Shown here piece by piece: positions 1 to 9,500 of a DNA stretch of 64,000 bases. The first letter of the stretch is position 1. Every line of letters starts with the position of its first letter. The DNA comes from Phycisphaeraceae bacterium. GTDB lineage: Bacteria; Planctomycetota; Phycisphaerae; Phycisphaerales; Phycisphaeraceae. Below the pieces are notes generated by a model, which was given only the letters and a program-made list of their open reading frames with translations, had not been told where the DNA came from and searched no databases. A program made the position numbers and the translations under genes. The stretch spans positions 479 through 64,478 of the forward strand of contig JBBDRN010000043.1 of assembly GCA_040905445.1 (NCBI GenBank), read 5' to 3'.

Positions 1-891
1 TGGGCTGCCGCCAAGGAGTTGGGCGACATCGTCGCTGTCGACATCCCCCAGGCGGAGGGAGCCGTCAAAGGCCGCATGCTCGACCTCGCCCAGGCCATGC
101 CCATCGAGCTCGCCGACGCGACCATCACCGGCACGACCGACTACGCCGACATCACCGGCTCGGACGTGGTCGTCATCACGGCGGGTCTGCCCCGCAAGCC
201 CGGCATGAGCCGCGACGACCTCATCGAGAAGAACGTCCAGATCGTCAAGCAGGTCAGCGAGAACGTCAAAAAGCACGCCCCCGACTCGATCGTCATCGTC
301 GTTTCCAACCCGCTCGATGCGATGGTCTACACGGCGTGGAAGACGACCGGGTTCGACACAAAGCGCATCGTCGGCCAGGCCGGCGCCCTCGACGTCGCCC
401 GCTTCAAGACCTTCATCGCCATGGAGACCGGCTACAGCGTCGAGGACATCAACGCCCTGTTGCTCGGCGGCCACGGCGACGACATGGTCCCCCTGCCCCG
501 CTTCACCAACATCGCCGGCATCCCCATCACCCAGTTCATCAGCGAGGCGCGGCTTAACGAGCTCGTCGACCGGGCCAAGAAGGGCGGCGGCGAGATCGTC
601 GAGCTCATGGGCACCAGCGCCTACTACGCCCCCGCCGCCGGCGTCATCCAGATGGTCGAGGCCATCGTCCGCGACAAGAAGCGGATCATCCCCTCCGCCG
701 CCTACTGCGATACCGCGTACGGCGTGGGGGGGTACTTCGTCGGCGTCCCGGCGGTGCTGGGCAAGGGCGGCGTCGAGGACGTCATCGAGATCGACCTGAA
801 CGACGACGAGCGCGCCCTGATGGACGCCTCCGTCAGCCACGTCAAGGAACTCGTGGACAAGGTGCGGGCGAGGTTTCCCGAACTGAAGTAG
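1..891 (+). CDS. mdh: malate dehydrogenase (LDH-like NAD-dependent), 5' end cut by window edge
   Basis: Frame open from nt 1 (WAAAKELGD...). Motifs ITAGLPRKPGMSRDDL, VVSNPLD and GGHGDDMVP are typical of the LDH/MDH family. Confidence 0.9.
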   Translation, partial: WAAAKELGDIVAVDIPQAEGAVKGRMLDLAQAMPIELADATITGTTDYADITGSDVVVITAGLPRKPGMSRDDLIEKNVQIVKQVSENVKKHAPDSIVIVVSNPLDAMVYTAWKTTGFDTKRIVGQAGALDVARFKTFIAMETGYSVEDINALLLGGHGDDMVPLPRFTNIAGIPITQFISEARLNELVDRAKKGGGEIVELMGTSAYYAPAAGVIQMVEAIVRDKKRIIPSAAYCDTAYGVGGYFVGVPAVLGKGGVEDVIEIDLNDDERALMDASVSHVKELVDKVRARFPELK

Positions 892-963
892 CCCGGCATG
901 CGTTGAGATGGGGGCTGGGCACGTGCCCCGGGTGAAGCCCACGGATGCAGTCCGCGTTCCGCG

Positions 964-1059
964 TCAGCACAGGGCGGCGAAGGTCAGGAGCGTCAGCAGT
1001 GCCACGCGCCGGCGTTGGGGGAACCGCGTTGCGTCGAATGCGAAGATGGAAGCGATCAT
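964..1059 (-). CDS. possible 31-aa small hydrophobic peptide (MIASIFAFDATRFPQRRRVALLTLLTFAALC)
   Basis: ATG is preceded by GGAGAG at about 6 nt. One hydrophobic segment. Too short for the ORF track; no homology evidence. Confidence 0.2.
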   Translation of the reverse strand: MIASIFAFDATRFPQRRRVALLTLLTFAALC

Positions 1060-1241
1060 GGGCGTCTCTCCGTGCGGCTGCCTCTGCCCATGCATGTTCA
1101 ACCGGCGTGCCGGGGCGGCCATGACGGCCTCAAAATCGCCTAAGACCTTGTTTTAACAGGATTTTGCTTATGTCGCACCCCGGGCGAAGCGTTGGCCGAT
1201 CATGCCGCATGTGGTCGCGGGGCAACATCGCTCGGTGGGCG

Positions 1242-3218
1242 ATGTCGCTGCGAGGCATCATCGTGTTGCTCGCGGCCGCAGCCTGCAGCGCCCTCGGCAG
1301 CCCTGCCGCCGCCCAGGAGGGAGCGGGGGATGTGGCGGGGAGCGTGGCGGGGAGCGTGGCGGGGAGCGTGGCGGGGGGTGTGGCGGGGGAGCTGGAGGCG
1401 CCGCTCCTGGACCGGGCCCACGTCCGGGCAGCCCATCGGCAGGTGGAGCAGTGGCTGCTCGACGGCGGCGTCGACGTGGCCGAAGCCCCCCCCATCCGCG
1501 TCACGGGGGCGTACGGCGTACAGGTGACCCTCTGGCGCGACGGCATCGTCGTGGGCGTGGGCGAGGCGGCCCGTCCGGACGCCGACGCCGCCCGCAGAGA
1601 CGCCCCCGGGCCGGCGGTAGATCTGGCCACCCTGCTCGCCGAGGCCACGGAGCAGGCGGCGACGGGGCTGGAGCAGACTCTGCGCGAGGCCTACCGCCGC
1701 GCCGGCGAAGGCCATGCCGATGTCGCCGACCGCGACATCCCGGAACTGGCCCACGTCGCTCCCCACCTGCTCGTGGACCTGCAGGTCGCCCACAGCCTCG
1801 AGTCGATCCGCATCGAGCCCGGTGAGCCGGCGTCGGCGGTGTACGACCAGTTCGCCCCCGGGTACCACGGCCTGCGCCTGCCCGCGGGGGCGGGCCGCGC
1901 CGGCCTTGTCTGGCCGGGCACGTCCTTGGCGCGCAACATCCAGCCGCGCAGCCAGCTCACGCAGGCGCTCGCGTCGGTGGGCCTCCGCAGCGACGCGATC
2001 GAGGAGCTGGGCCGCCCGGGCGGCGTTGCGCTCGAGCGGTTCCGCGTCCAGCACGTCGTGCGCCCGTCGACGCAGCTCGGGCCGGTGGAGCTGGTGCGTG
2101 GCCACGTGTTGCTGCCCCCCTACGCCGTGGACACGCGCACGATCGACCAGCTCGGCCATCGCATCGCCGAGCACCTGCACAACCGCTTCACGCGCGAGGG
2201 GATGATCCGCGGCACGTACCTGCCCACGAGCGACCGGTACGGCGAGCCGCTCGTCGCCGAGCCGACGGATGCGGCGCTGGCGAGCTACGCGCTCTTGCGG
2301 CACGCGCGGCGCCAGGCTCGCCGGGGCCGGTACGGCCAGGCGTTCATCGACGCCAAGGTCGACGACGTGACCACCGTCCTGCACCTGCTCGCTGACGAGG
2401 TGCTGACGGACGACGCCGCGGTGCGCGAGCGGGCCGGCGCAGCCGCGCTCATCGTCCTGACGCTGACCGACCTGCCGCAGCGCGGCGCGCGCGAGCGGGA
2501 GCTGCGCGACCGGTTGGGCGGCGTGCTGGTCGAGCTCGCCGGCGAAGGCGCCGCCGACCAGGGGGCGACGGGGGCGCTGATTGTCGCCGCGCTGGCGGGG
2601 CTGTGGGAGCAGACGCGCGAGCCGGCGCTGGAGCCCATCCTTGCCGAGGGGCTGAAAGCGCTGCACCGGCGGCTGACGACGCGGGTGGACCTCGCGGCCC
2701 TGCCCTGGCTGATGGTCGCCCACAACCGGGCGGCCCACCTGCTCGCCGAGGAGGGCGAAACCCTTGGCGACGAGGCGGTCGCCCGCTGGGAGGACGGGCT
2801 CGGCACGCTCGGGGCGCGGCTGGCGGAGTTGCAGATCGTCGCCGAGCCGAGCCTCGGCCCCGGCGACGTGGTGGGCGGCTTCGATCTGACGGGCCGCGGG
2901 TCCGCCGCTCCGCCCACAGCGGATTGGCGTACGGCCCAGGTGCTCATGTTCCTCGCCGGCGCGATGCGGCAGCCGGCCATCATCGCCGACCACGATCCCA
3001 TGGGCTGGATGCTGACGACCGGCCTCGCCGCCCGCTTCCTCGGCCAGCTCACCTTCACCGAGACCAACAGCTACTACGTCCGCAACCCGAGCGAAGCGCA
3101 CGGCGGGGTGCGCCTGGCGCCATGGGACAACCGCCTGACCGTCGACACGCAGGGCGTCGCGCTCGTCGCGGTGGTGGAACTGCTTGAGGCCCTGGACGAG
3201 CTTGAAGGGCAGTGGTGA
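1242..3218 (+). CDS. secreted hypothetical protein with N-terminal (S/G)VAG repeat
   Basis: Signal-peptide-like MSLRGIIVLLAAAACSALGSPAAAQ at the internal Met. Long ORF with GC3-rich codons. Start 1164/1209/1242 is uncertain; function unknown. Confidence 0.7.
   Translation: MSLRGIIVLLAAAACSALGSPAAAQEGAGDVAGSVAGSVAGSVAGGVAGELEAPLLDRAHVRAAHRQVEQWLLDGGVDVAEAPPIRVTGAYGVQVTLWRDGIVVGVGEAARPDADAARRDAPGPAVDLATLLAEATEQAATGLEQTLREAYRRAGEGHADVADRDIPELAHVAPHLLVDLQVAHSLESIRIEPGEPASAVYDQFAPGYHGLRLPAGAGRAGLVWPGTSLARNIQPRSQLTQALASVGLRSDAIEELGRPGGVALERFRVQHVVRPSTQLGPVELVRGHVLLPPYAVDTRTIDQLGHRIAEHLHNRFTREGMIRGTYLPTSDRYGEPLVAEPTDAALASYALLRHARRQARRGRYGQAFIDAKVDDVTTVLHLLADEVLTDDAAVRERAGAAALIVLTLTDLPQRGARERELRDRLGGVLVELAGEGAADQGATGALIVAALAGLWEQTREPALEPILAEGLKALHRRLTTRVDLAALPWLMVAHNRAAHLLAEEGETLGDEAVARWEDGLGTLGARLAELQIVAEPSLGPGDVVGGFDLTGRGSAAPPTADWRTAQVLMFLAGAMRQPAIIADHDPMGWMLTTGLAARFLGQLTFTETNSYYVRNPSEAHGGVRLAPWDNRLTVDTQGVALVAVVELLEALDELEGQW
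1326..1388. repeat. 12-nt tandem repeat AGCGTGGCGGGG (about 4 copies)
   Basis: Encodes GDVAGSVAGSVAGSVAGGVAG just after the predicted signal peptide. Confidence 0.9.
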
Positions 3219-3225
3219 GAAGCGG

Positions 3226-3258
3226 AAAATTCAAAATTCAGAATTCAAAATTCAGAAA
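3226..3258. repeat. AT-rich heptamer array (AATTCAR), copy 1 of conserved 25-mer AAAATTCAGAATTCAAAATTCAGAA
   Basis: Read directly; starts 8 nt after the stop at 3218. Confidence 0.9.
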
Positions 3259-3355
3259 CCGCGAAGGCGCGAAGGAAGCGAAGTTGTTGTGATAAGACAG
3301 CTCGCCTCCTCAAGATCTTTCCTCGTGCCCTCGCCCCCTTCGCCCCTTCGCGGTT
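3257..3355. repeat. inverted repeat of the AACCGCGAAGGCGCGAAGG word family
   Basis: Arms 3257-3275 and 3337-3355 are complementary at 18/19 positions. Lies between convergent genes. Confidence 0.85.
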
Positions 3356-3383
3356 ATTCACAAATTCCAAATCAGAAATCAGT

Positions 3384-3806
3384 TCACGTTTTCTCATTCT
3401 TGAACAACTCCACCACCTCGCCGTCGGGCCCCTGGAAGAACGCCAGGCGCACGGGGGTCGGTTCCGGGCGTGACGCGATGGTGATCCCCTTGGGCTCGAC
3501 GGTGATCGTCGCCCCGGCGGCGCGGGCGCGTTCGACCACGGCGTCCGGGTCGTCGGTGCGCAGGGCGAAGTGGAGAATGCTGCCTTCGCCGGCCGCAGGC
3601 GCCTGGTCCGGCCGCTCGAAGATCTCCAGGTAGTTGCCGTCACCCGTGTCGAGCATGATCGCCCGCTTGGGCGGTTCGCCCCAGGCAATGCGCTCGGTGA
3701 AGCCGAGCGAGTCCTGGTAGAAGTGGACCGACTTGTCGAAGTCGCGGGCGCGGATGGCGACGTGGTGGAAGCCGCCGCCGCCGAGGGTGGGGTTGTGGTT
3801 GGGCAT
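3384..3806 (-). CDS. VOC family (glyoxalase/bleomycin-resistance/dioxygenase fold) protein
   Basis: GFHHVAIRARDFDKSVHFYQDSLGF ... HFAL ... GPDGEVVELF pattern of paired beta-alpha-beta-beta-beta modules. Confidence 0.85.
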   Translation of the reverse strand: MPNHNPTLGGGGFHHVAIRARDFDKSVHFYQDSLGFTERIAWGEPPKRAIMLDTGDGNYLEIFERPDQAPAAGEGSILHFALRTDDPDAVVERARAAGATITVEPKGITIASRPEPTPVRLAFFQGPDGEVVELFKNEKT

Positions 3807-3994
3807 GGGAACTCGGGGTTTGGGGTTTGGGTGCCACTGGCGGGCAAGCCGCCAGTGGCACCCCGTTGTCGGACGTTGTCAGACGGAGCCTGGGATTATC
3901 GTAACGGAGTCGGGCGCGCATGAGAAAGAGCCGACGGCATGGTGGATGCCGTCGACTCTTGAAGGAGGCCTGGGGCGTGCGTGCCGGCCGGGTG

Positions 3995-4333
3995 CTACAG
4001 CGCGTCGTCGTTCTGCTCGCCCGTGCGGATACGGACGACCTTGCCCAATTCGTAGACGAAGATCTTGCCGTCGCCCACCTCGCCGGAGCGGGCGGCGGAG
4101 GTCACGGCGTCGACCGCCTTGTCGAGGTCTTCGCTGCGGACGGCGATCTTGAGCTGGATCTTGGGCACGAAGCCGACGTCCATTCGGCCGCCGCGGTAGC
4201 GCTCGGTGTGGCCCTTCTGCTTGCCGAAGCCGCGGCATTCCATGGCCGTGCAGCCGAGGATGCCCAGGCTCGCGAGCCTGGCCTTGACGGGGTCGAGTGC
4301 GGCGGGCTTGATGATTGCTTCGATCATGTGCAT
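3995..4333 (-). CDS. glnK: nitrogen regulatory protein P-II
   Basis: 112 aa. IEAIIKP..., T-loop GFGKQKGHTERYRGG, GDGKIFVYEL..RIRTGE. Immediately downstream of amt. Confidence 0.93.
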   Translation of the reverse strand: MHMIEAIIKPAALDPVKARLASLGILGCTAMECRGFGKQKGHTERYRGGRMDVGFVPKIQLKIAVRSEDLDKAVDAVTSAARSGEVGDGKIFVYELGKVVRIRTGEQNDDAL

Positions 4334-4422
4334 GGTTTGGTTTCCAAGTCGAGGTCGTGGTGAGTTGGAGCGGCTGTCGCGCTCCGCCCCGCGTGGGCGC
4401 GGGGGCTAAACGGCGAACGCGC

Positions 4423-5829
4423 TCAGATTTCCCGCGTGTGGTAGCTCTTGATGTAGACGCGCGGGAAGTCGGGGTAGGCCGACATCTCGTGCTCGCCGAG
4501 GTCCAGCCCCTCGATCTCCTCCGCCTCGTCGACGCGGAAGCCGAGCGTGGCCTTGACGGCGAGCGCGACGATGAACGCGAAGGCGAGCGTGAACGCGGCG
4601 ATCGAGACGACGCCGATCACCTGGTAGCCGAGCTGCGTCACGCCGGCGCTGGCGCCGAAGATACCTGGGGCCAGCGTGCCCCACACGCCGCACGTGCCGT
4701 GGGCGCTGATCGCGCCGACGGGGTCGTCGATCCTGAGGCGGTCGAGCCCGATGATTGAGACGACCACGATGACGCCGCCGATGATGCCGATGATGATGGC
4801 CGTCATGGGCGTCTGGATGTTGGCGCTGGCGGTGATGGCGACGAGGCCGCCGAGGATGCCGTTGAGCGCCATGGTCAGGTCGGCGTTGCGGGTGACGAAG
4901 TAGGCGAGCAGGCCCGCGGCGACGGCGCCGGCCGCGGCGGCGAGCGCGGTGTTGGTCAGCACGAGCGACACGGCGGCTGCGTCGGCGGTCAGCACCGACC
5001 CGCCGTTGAACCCGAACCACCCGAACCAGAGCAGGAACACGCCGATCGTCGCCAGCGCCAGGTTGTGGCCGGGGATCGGGTTGACCGTGCCGTCGGCGGC
5101 GTACTTGCCCAGGCGCGGGCCGAGCACGATCACCGCGGCCAGCGCCGCCCACGCGCCCACGCTGTGCACCAGCGTCGAGCCGGCGAAGTCGATGAAGCCC
5201 GCGTCGTCACCGCCGAGCGTGCTCAGCCATCCGCCGCCCCACTGCCACGAGCCGGTGATCGGGTAGCTGATGGCGACGATCGGGATGATGAAGATGAGAA
5301 ACGGCCCGAGCTTGATGCGCTCGGCGACGGCGCCGGAGACGATGGTCGCGGCGGTGGCGGCGAACATGGCCTGAAAGAAGAAGTCGGTGTGGTAGGTGTA
5401 GCCCGCGTCGTACGCCGACGTCTGCCCGCCCGGGGGCAGCGGGATGCCCCAGCCCGTCCAACCCAGCACCCCGGCGACACCCCACTCGCCCGGGTACATG
5501 AGCGAGAAGCCGATCAGCGCGTAGGTCAGGATGCCGAGGCTGACGATCATCGTGTTCTTGAAGAGGATGTTGACGGTGTTCTTGGCCTGCGTCAGGCCGG
5601 ACTCCAGCGACGCGAAGCCAAGGTGCATGATGAAGACCATGCACCCAGCGATCATGATCCAGAGGTTGTTGACGGTGAACATCTCCGCGGAAACGCCTTC
5701 TTCCACGGCCTCGGCGGCGGCTTCGGCGGTGGTCGCGGCGTCCTGCGCCCATGCCGGGCTCGCGGCCGCCAGGCCGACCCATAGCGGCAGGCTCAGTGCC
5801 AGGCCCCATCTGATGCGTGTCGCGTTCAT
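4423..5829 (-). CDS. amt: ammonium transporter Amt
   Basis: Multi-TM protein with FASLESG, DFAGSTLVHSVGAWAALAAVIVLGPR and ISAHGTCGVWG motifs. Start set at the internal Met that gives signal peptide MNATRIRWGLALSLPLWVGLAAASPAWA. Confidence 0.93.
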   Translation of the reverse strand: MNATRIRWGLALSLPLWVGLAAASPAWAQDAATTAEAAAEAVEEGVSAEMFTVNNLWIMIAGCMVFIMHLGFASLESGLTQAKNTVNILFKNTMIVSLGILTYALIGFSLMYPGEWGVAGVLGWTGWGIPLPPGGQTSAYDAGYTYHTDFFFQAMFAATAATIVSGAVAERIKLGPFLIFIIPIVAISYPITGSWQWGGGWLSTLGGDDAGFIDFAGSTLVHSVGAWAALAAVIVLGPRLGKYAADGTVNPIPGHNLALATIGVFLLWFGWFGFNGGSVLTADAAAVSLVLTNTALAAAAGAVAAGLLAYFVTRNADLTMALNGILGGLVAITASANIQTPMTAIIIGIIGGVIVVVSIIGLDRLRIDDPVGAISAHGTCGVWGTLAPGIFGASAGVTQLGYQVIGVVSIAAFTLAFAFIVALAVKATLGFRVDEAEEIEGLDLGEHEMSAYPDFPRVYIKSYHTREI

Positions 5830-6514
5830 CTGCGAGTCTCCTATGAATGTCGGCGGACGCGCGTCCGCTCTCGTTGCGTCATGCGTGGCTGGCACGCGCC
5901 AGCGCGTTCGTCTCGGAAAACGGGCGAGCGCTCTATCGAGCGCCCGCCCTTAACCTCCGCGACCATCGCGAAGGCGGCCTGGTCTGCCCCCCCCAGCGCA
6001 CCCCGCCACACCCCGCCACACAACCAGCGCAGCGATCGCGCAAGGCGTGCCCGCCCGGGTCATCCGTGTTCGGCCGCGGGTTCGACCCCTCCCGGGTGCA
6101 TGGGCATAACGCAACCGCCGTGCCAGGTGGGGCCAGCCCCGATCGTTCGGCAGGTCGCGAACCCCCGTGACCGCCACTGTCGGGGGCGTGACGCGGGTTT
6201 GATGGTCGGCGCGACTATTTCCGGGCGTTGCCGCGGCCGCGACGCGCCGCGCGGAAAGTAGGCGGCCGACCCCGCGCCACGCGGGGCGTGCCTCATTTGC
6301 AGGCAGGTGCATGGGACAAGCGCAGGCGGTCGCCCGCCGCGGGAAAGGGGGTGGTTACGCATCGCGGTTTGGCGGGGTGCGGCGCGTCTGCGGTATAATG
6401 GCGGCATCTTCCACCGCCATCGGTGCGGTGCTCGCCGCTGGCGGCAGCCAGGGTTGGCCGGTGCGTTGGCGCTGGCGCCGCGATCTGATTCGGGACCAGC
6501 TAAGGAGCGTTCGC

Positions 6515-9500
6515 ATGAGCTTGCCTTTTCGCCATGCAGGGATGGGCCGGGACCTTCGACGTTGCCGCGCTTGCGCCGCGCCGCTGCTGGCGCTCATCGC
6601 CGCAGTGGGCATGGCGGCCGTGGCGGGGACGGCGGGGGTGGTGGCGGCGCAGCCAGGCGACGCGCCCCCGCCGCTGCGCCTGGACATCGAGACGCTGCTG
6701 CTGAGCGACGACGTGCTCGCCGAGCGCATCACTGACCCGGTCTGGGCGATCGAGGCGCGGCCGGAGCGGCAGTTGGTGCTCGTGCCCCTGCTCATCGGGC
6801 CGGTCGATCAACCGCTCGAGCTCGAGGAGCCGACCATCACGCTCCGCGGCGGGCGCTTCGTCGCCTGGCACGTCACCGAGGACGAGGTGCAGACTTCGTC
6901 GCGCGGACGTGGCGGGCGTGGCGGACGTGGCGGGGGTGGCGGGGGTGGCGGGGGCGACGACATGTACATGAACGACGATCTGTACATCGGCGGCTACGAC
7001 CGCCAGATGGGCGGCGGCCCGGTGCGCCGCGGGCCGGCGCTGCCCGCCGAGGCCGAGGTCGACGAGCATGGCGTGCCCGCCGACGCTCCGCGCCTTGCGC
7101 GCTCGATCACCCTCACGCCCGACGGGCGCATCCAGTGGGGCGTGGCGACGGCGATCAGCGGGGCGGAGATCGGCGACGGCGACGGGCGCTACGTCCTGCG
7201 CCTGAGGCCCGACCGCCTGCGCGAGCTGGCGCCGAGCCGCGACGACGGGTCGCAGCAGCAGATGACGGGTCGGCGCCAGGACGAGCCGATGACCGGCCGC
7301 GAGCGCGCCGAGCAGCGCCGCGAGCTGCGCGAGCAGTTCCAGGCCGAGCGCGAGGCGTTCATGGACCTGCGCGAAGCGGTGCAGGAACTGGACGAGACGT
7401 TCGACATGCCCGCCCCGACCCGCGTCTGGGCTGTCTTCGAGCTGCCCGCGGCGCAGCGCAGCCTGGCGTTCGACGGGGACGCCCCTTTGCCCTGGTCGAT
7501 CGGACTCGATGACTACGAAGCGGTCCGGCAGTTCGTGGGCACGCGCGGGCGCCGCGGCCGCGAAGCCGCGATGTCACTCAACGCGCTGACCACGCTCGCC
7601 CGCAGCGAGCACCCCTACACCCGGCAGATCGCGGCGCACGCGGCGGCGGCGGCGGACGTGGCGTCCAACGCCGAGCCGTTCAGCGACGAGTATCGCCTGC
7701 TCACCGCGCTGCTCGAGGCCGACGACGACACATCGCGCCACGCGGTGCTCGAGTCGCTGGCGTCGATGCGCCGCCCGAGCGAGGCCGGCACGCGGTTGCT
7801 CCGCGAGGTGGCGGACCACCCCAACGCCACGACACGCCTGCTGGCGCTGCGCGGGCTTCTGGCCGCCGACCCCGGTGCCGACGACCACCTCGCGCAACTG
7901 CTGGGCACGGTCAGCGACATGCTCGCCGACCCGTCGGGGCCGCCCGCCGACGTCGTGCTCGAGGAGATCATCGTCGGCATCGGCAGCGACCGCCGGATCG
8001 TCGACCAGGTCACCACCGCCATCGCGTTCGACCGGCTCAGCGGCGAGCGCCTTGACCAGGCGGTGCGCTACATCATCGACACCGCGCCGCGCGAGCCGCT
8101 CGCGGCGGCGTGGCTGGACGATGGCCTGCTCGCGTCTGGCAGCGACTCGCTCGTCCGCCAGACCCTCGCGGTGCTCGCCGAGGCGCAGCCCGACGCCAAC
8201 GGTGGCGACCGGCAATCCAGCGCGCTGGGCTGGGCGATCGGGCGCGTGCTCGGCGGCCGGGGCTCGACCGACAGCGCCGCCTCCGAACAGGGTCCGTCGC
8301 GGGGGCGCATCGTGATCGAGTCGGCGGACCACGCGATCTTCCCCGCCCTGGCGAGCGACGATCCGGCGACGCGGGAGCTGGCGTGGCAGGCGCTGGGGCG
8401 CTTCAGCTTCGTCGAGGAGGGCGACATGCCGCGCTTCGGCGGCGTCGGCCGCAGCGACGACCGGGTCGACTCGCTCGTCAGCGCGGCCCTGGCCCACGAG
8501 CCGACGCCCCCGCAGGCGGCGAGCTTCCTGGCGCGGCATGAGGGGTTCGGCGCCGGCGCTCCGGGGCTGGTCCGCCTGGCGGGGCAGGCCACGGGCGAGG
8601 CGGCGAGCATCGCGGGGCGGGCGCTGTGGGGCTCGCAGCAGAACCTCACCGGGCCGGTGGGCGAGCTGGAGCCGGCGGAGCGCTACGCGTTCGCGGCCGC
8701 GGTGTATGAAGGGCGGTTCGGGCGGGTGCCCGCGACGGCGGGGCTCATGCTCGCCGAGCCGCGCGACCGCCGCGACGACACCGCGTCCTGGTTCGCCGAT
8801 CAGGTCGCCGACGGACGCGACCCGCAGCCGGGCGACTGGGTGGCGGCGTTCGGCGGCGAGATGCGCCTCGCCCAGTTGCTGGGCGCCGATGAGCCCGAAC
8901 TCGCGGCGGGCGCGGCCGCGGCGCTTGTCGCCGCCGCCGGCGCCGACGACGACGAGGTCGAGTCGCTCGCCCGCGAGCTGGCCGGCGAGGAGGACCCGCG
9001 GGCGGCGTGGCGGCAGATGCGGCAGTCGATCCACGCCCGCCAACTCGCGCACATGGAGGGCGAGTACCGCATGGTCATGCTGCTCCGCGGCGAGGCGAAC
9101 CAGGAACTGGCGGAGATGAACGAGCAGCAGGCTCGGGCCTACCTCATGATGGCCCGGCAGCAGGCGCAGGAGATGACCCGCGAGGAAGCCCGGGCCATGG
9201 GCGTCCGCCGCGGGCCGGCAGCGGGCGACAAGCCCGTCACCGACCGTGTCAATCTCGGCGTCGTCGACGTGATCGTCGAGGACACCAACGTCCGCCTTGC
9301 CGGCGACATCGTGAGCGTCGAGATTCCCGAGACCCGCTTCGCGTTGCGGATCACGCAGCTCGCGGAGCTGCGCAACATTCCCGGCGCAGCCTTGGATCAC
9401 ATTCCGCTGGGCCGGACGATCGGCGACATGGACCTCACGCCGCAGCCGGACGGCGCCTGGGTCGGACAGGTCGACATGCTCGACACGCGCGTGCTGGAAC

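Noticed and set aside
908-1156. 82-aa plus-strand ORF between mdh and the next gene.
   Set aside because: Odd composition (Cys/Arg-rich), no ribosome-binding site and no motif. It overlaps the more plausible minus-strand micro-ORF.
1200-3101. 633-aa minus-strand ORF antisense to the 1242-3218 gene. Similar long antisense or alternative-frame ORFs include 7574-9547(-), 13716-15596(+), 16042-18558(+), 19731-21797(+), 26365-28458(+), 29820-31775(+), 46491-48368(-), 47056-48606(-), 51478-53589(+), 56228-58657(-), 56659-58266(+), 58796-60751(+) and 62160-63854(+).
   Set aside because: Their translations are Arg/Pro/Gly/Ala-rich low-complexity strings with no motifs. They mirror genes with clear family signatures on the other strand or frame. 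Stop-poor antisense frames are expected at about 70% GC.
3226-3258. The GAATTC-containing AT-rich repeats as cloning-vector or linker contamination.
   Set aside because: The same 25-mer occurs at three loci, each embedded between native, intact genes with continuous high-GC flanks. No vector-like sequence is adjacent.
5886-5906. Sigma-54-like TGGCAC...GC or palindromic regulator site (GCTGGCACGCGCCAGC) upstream of amt.
   Set aside because: On the amt-coding (minus) strand the GG/GC spacing is off by one and the -12 element is poor. Only a 6-bp palindrome remains, which is not distinctive at this GC content.
6072-6100. tRNA/tmRNA-like T-arm string GGGTTCGACCCC.
   Set aside because: The flanking bases do not form a T-stem, acceptor stem or CCA-proximal pairing. 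No cloverleaf could be drawn by eye.
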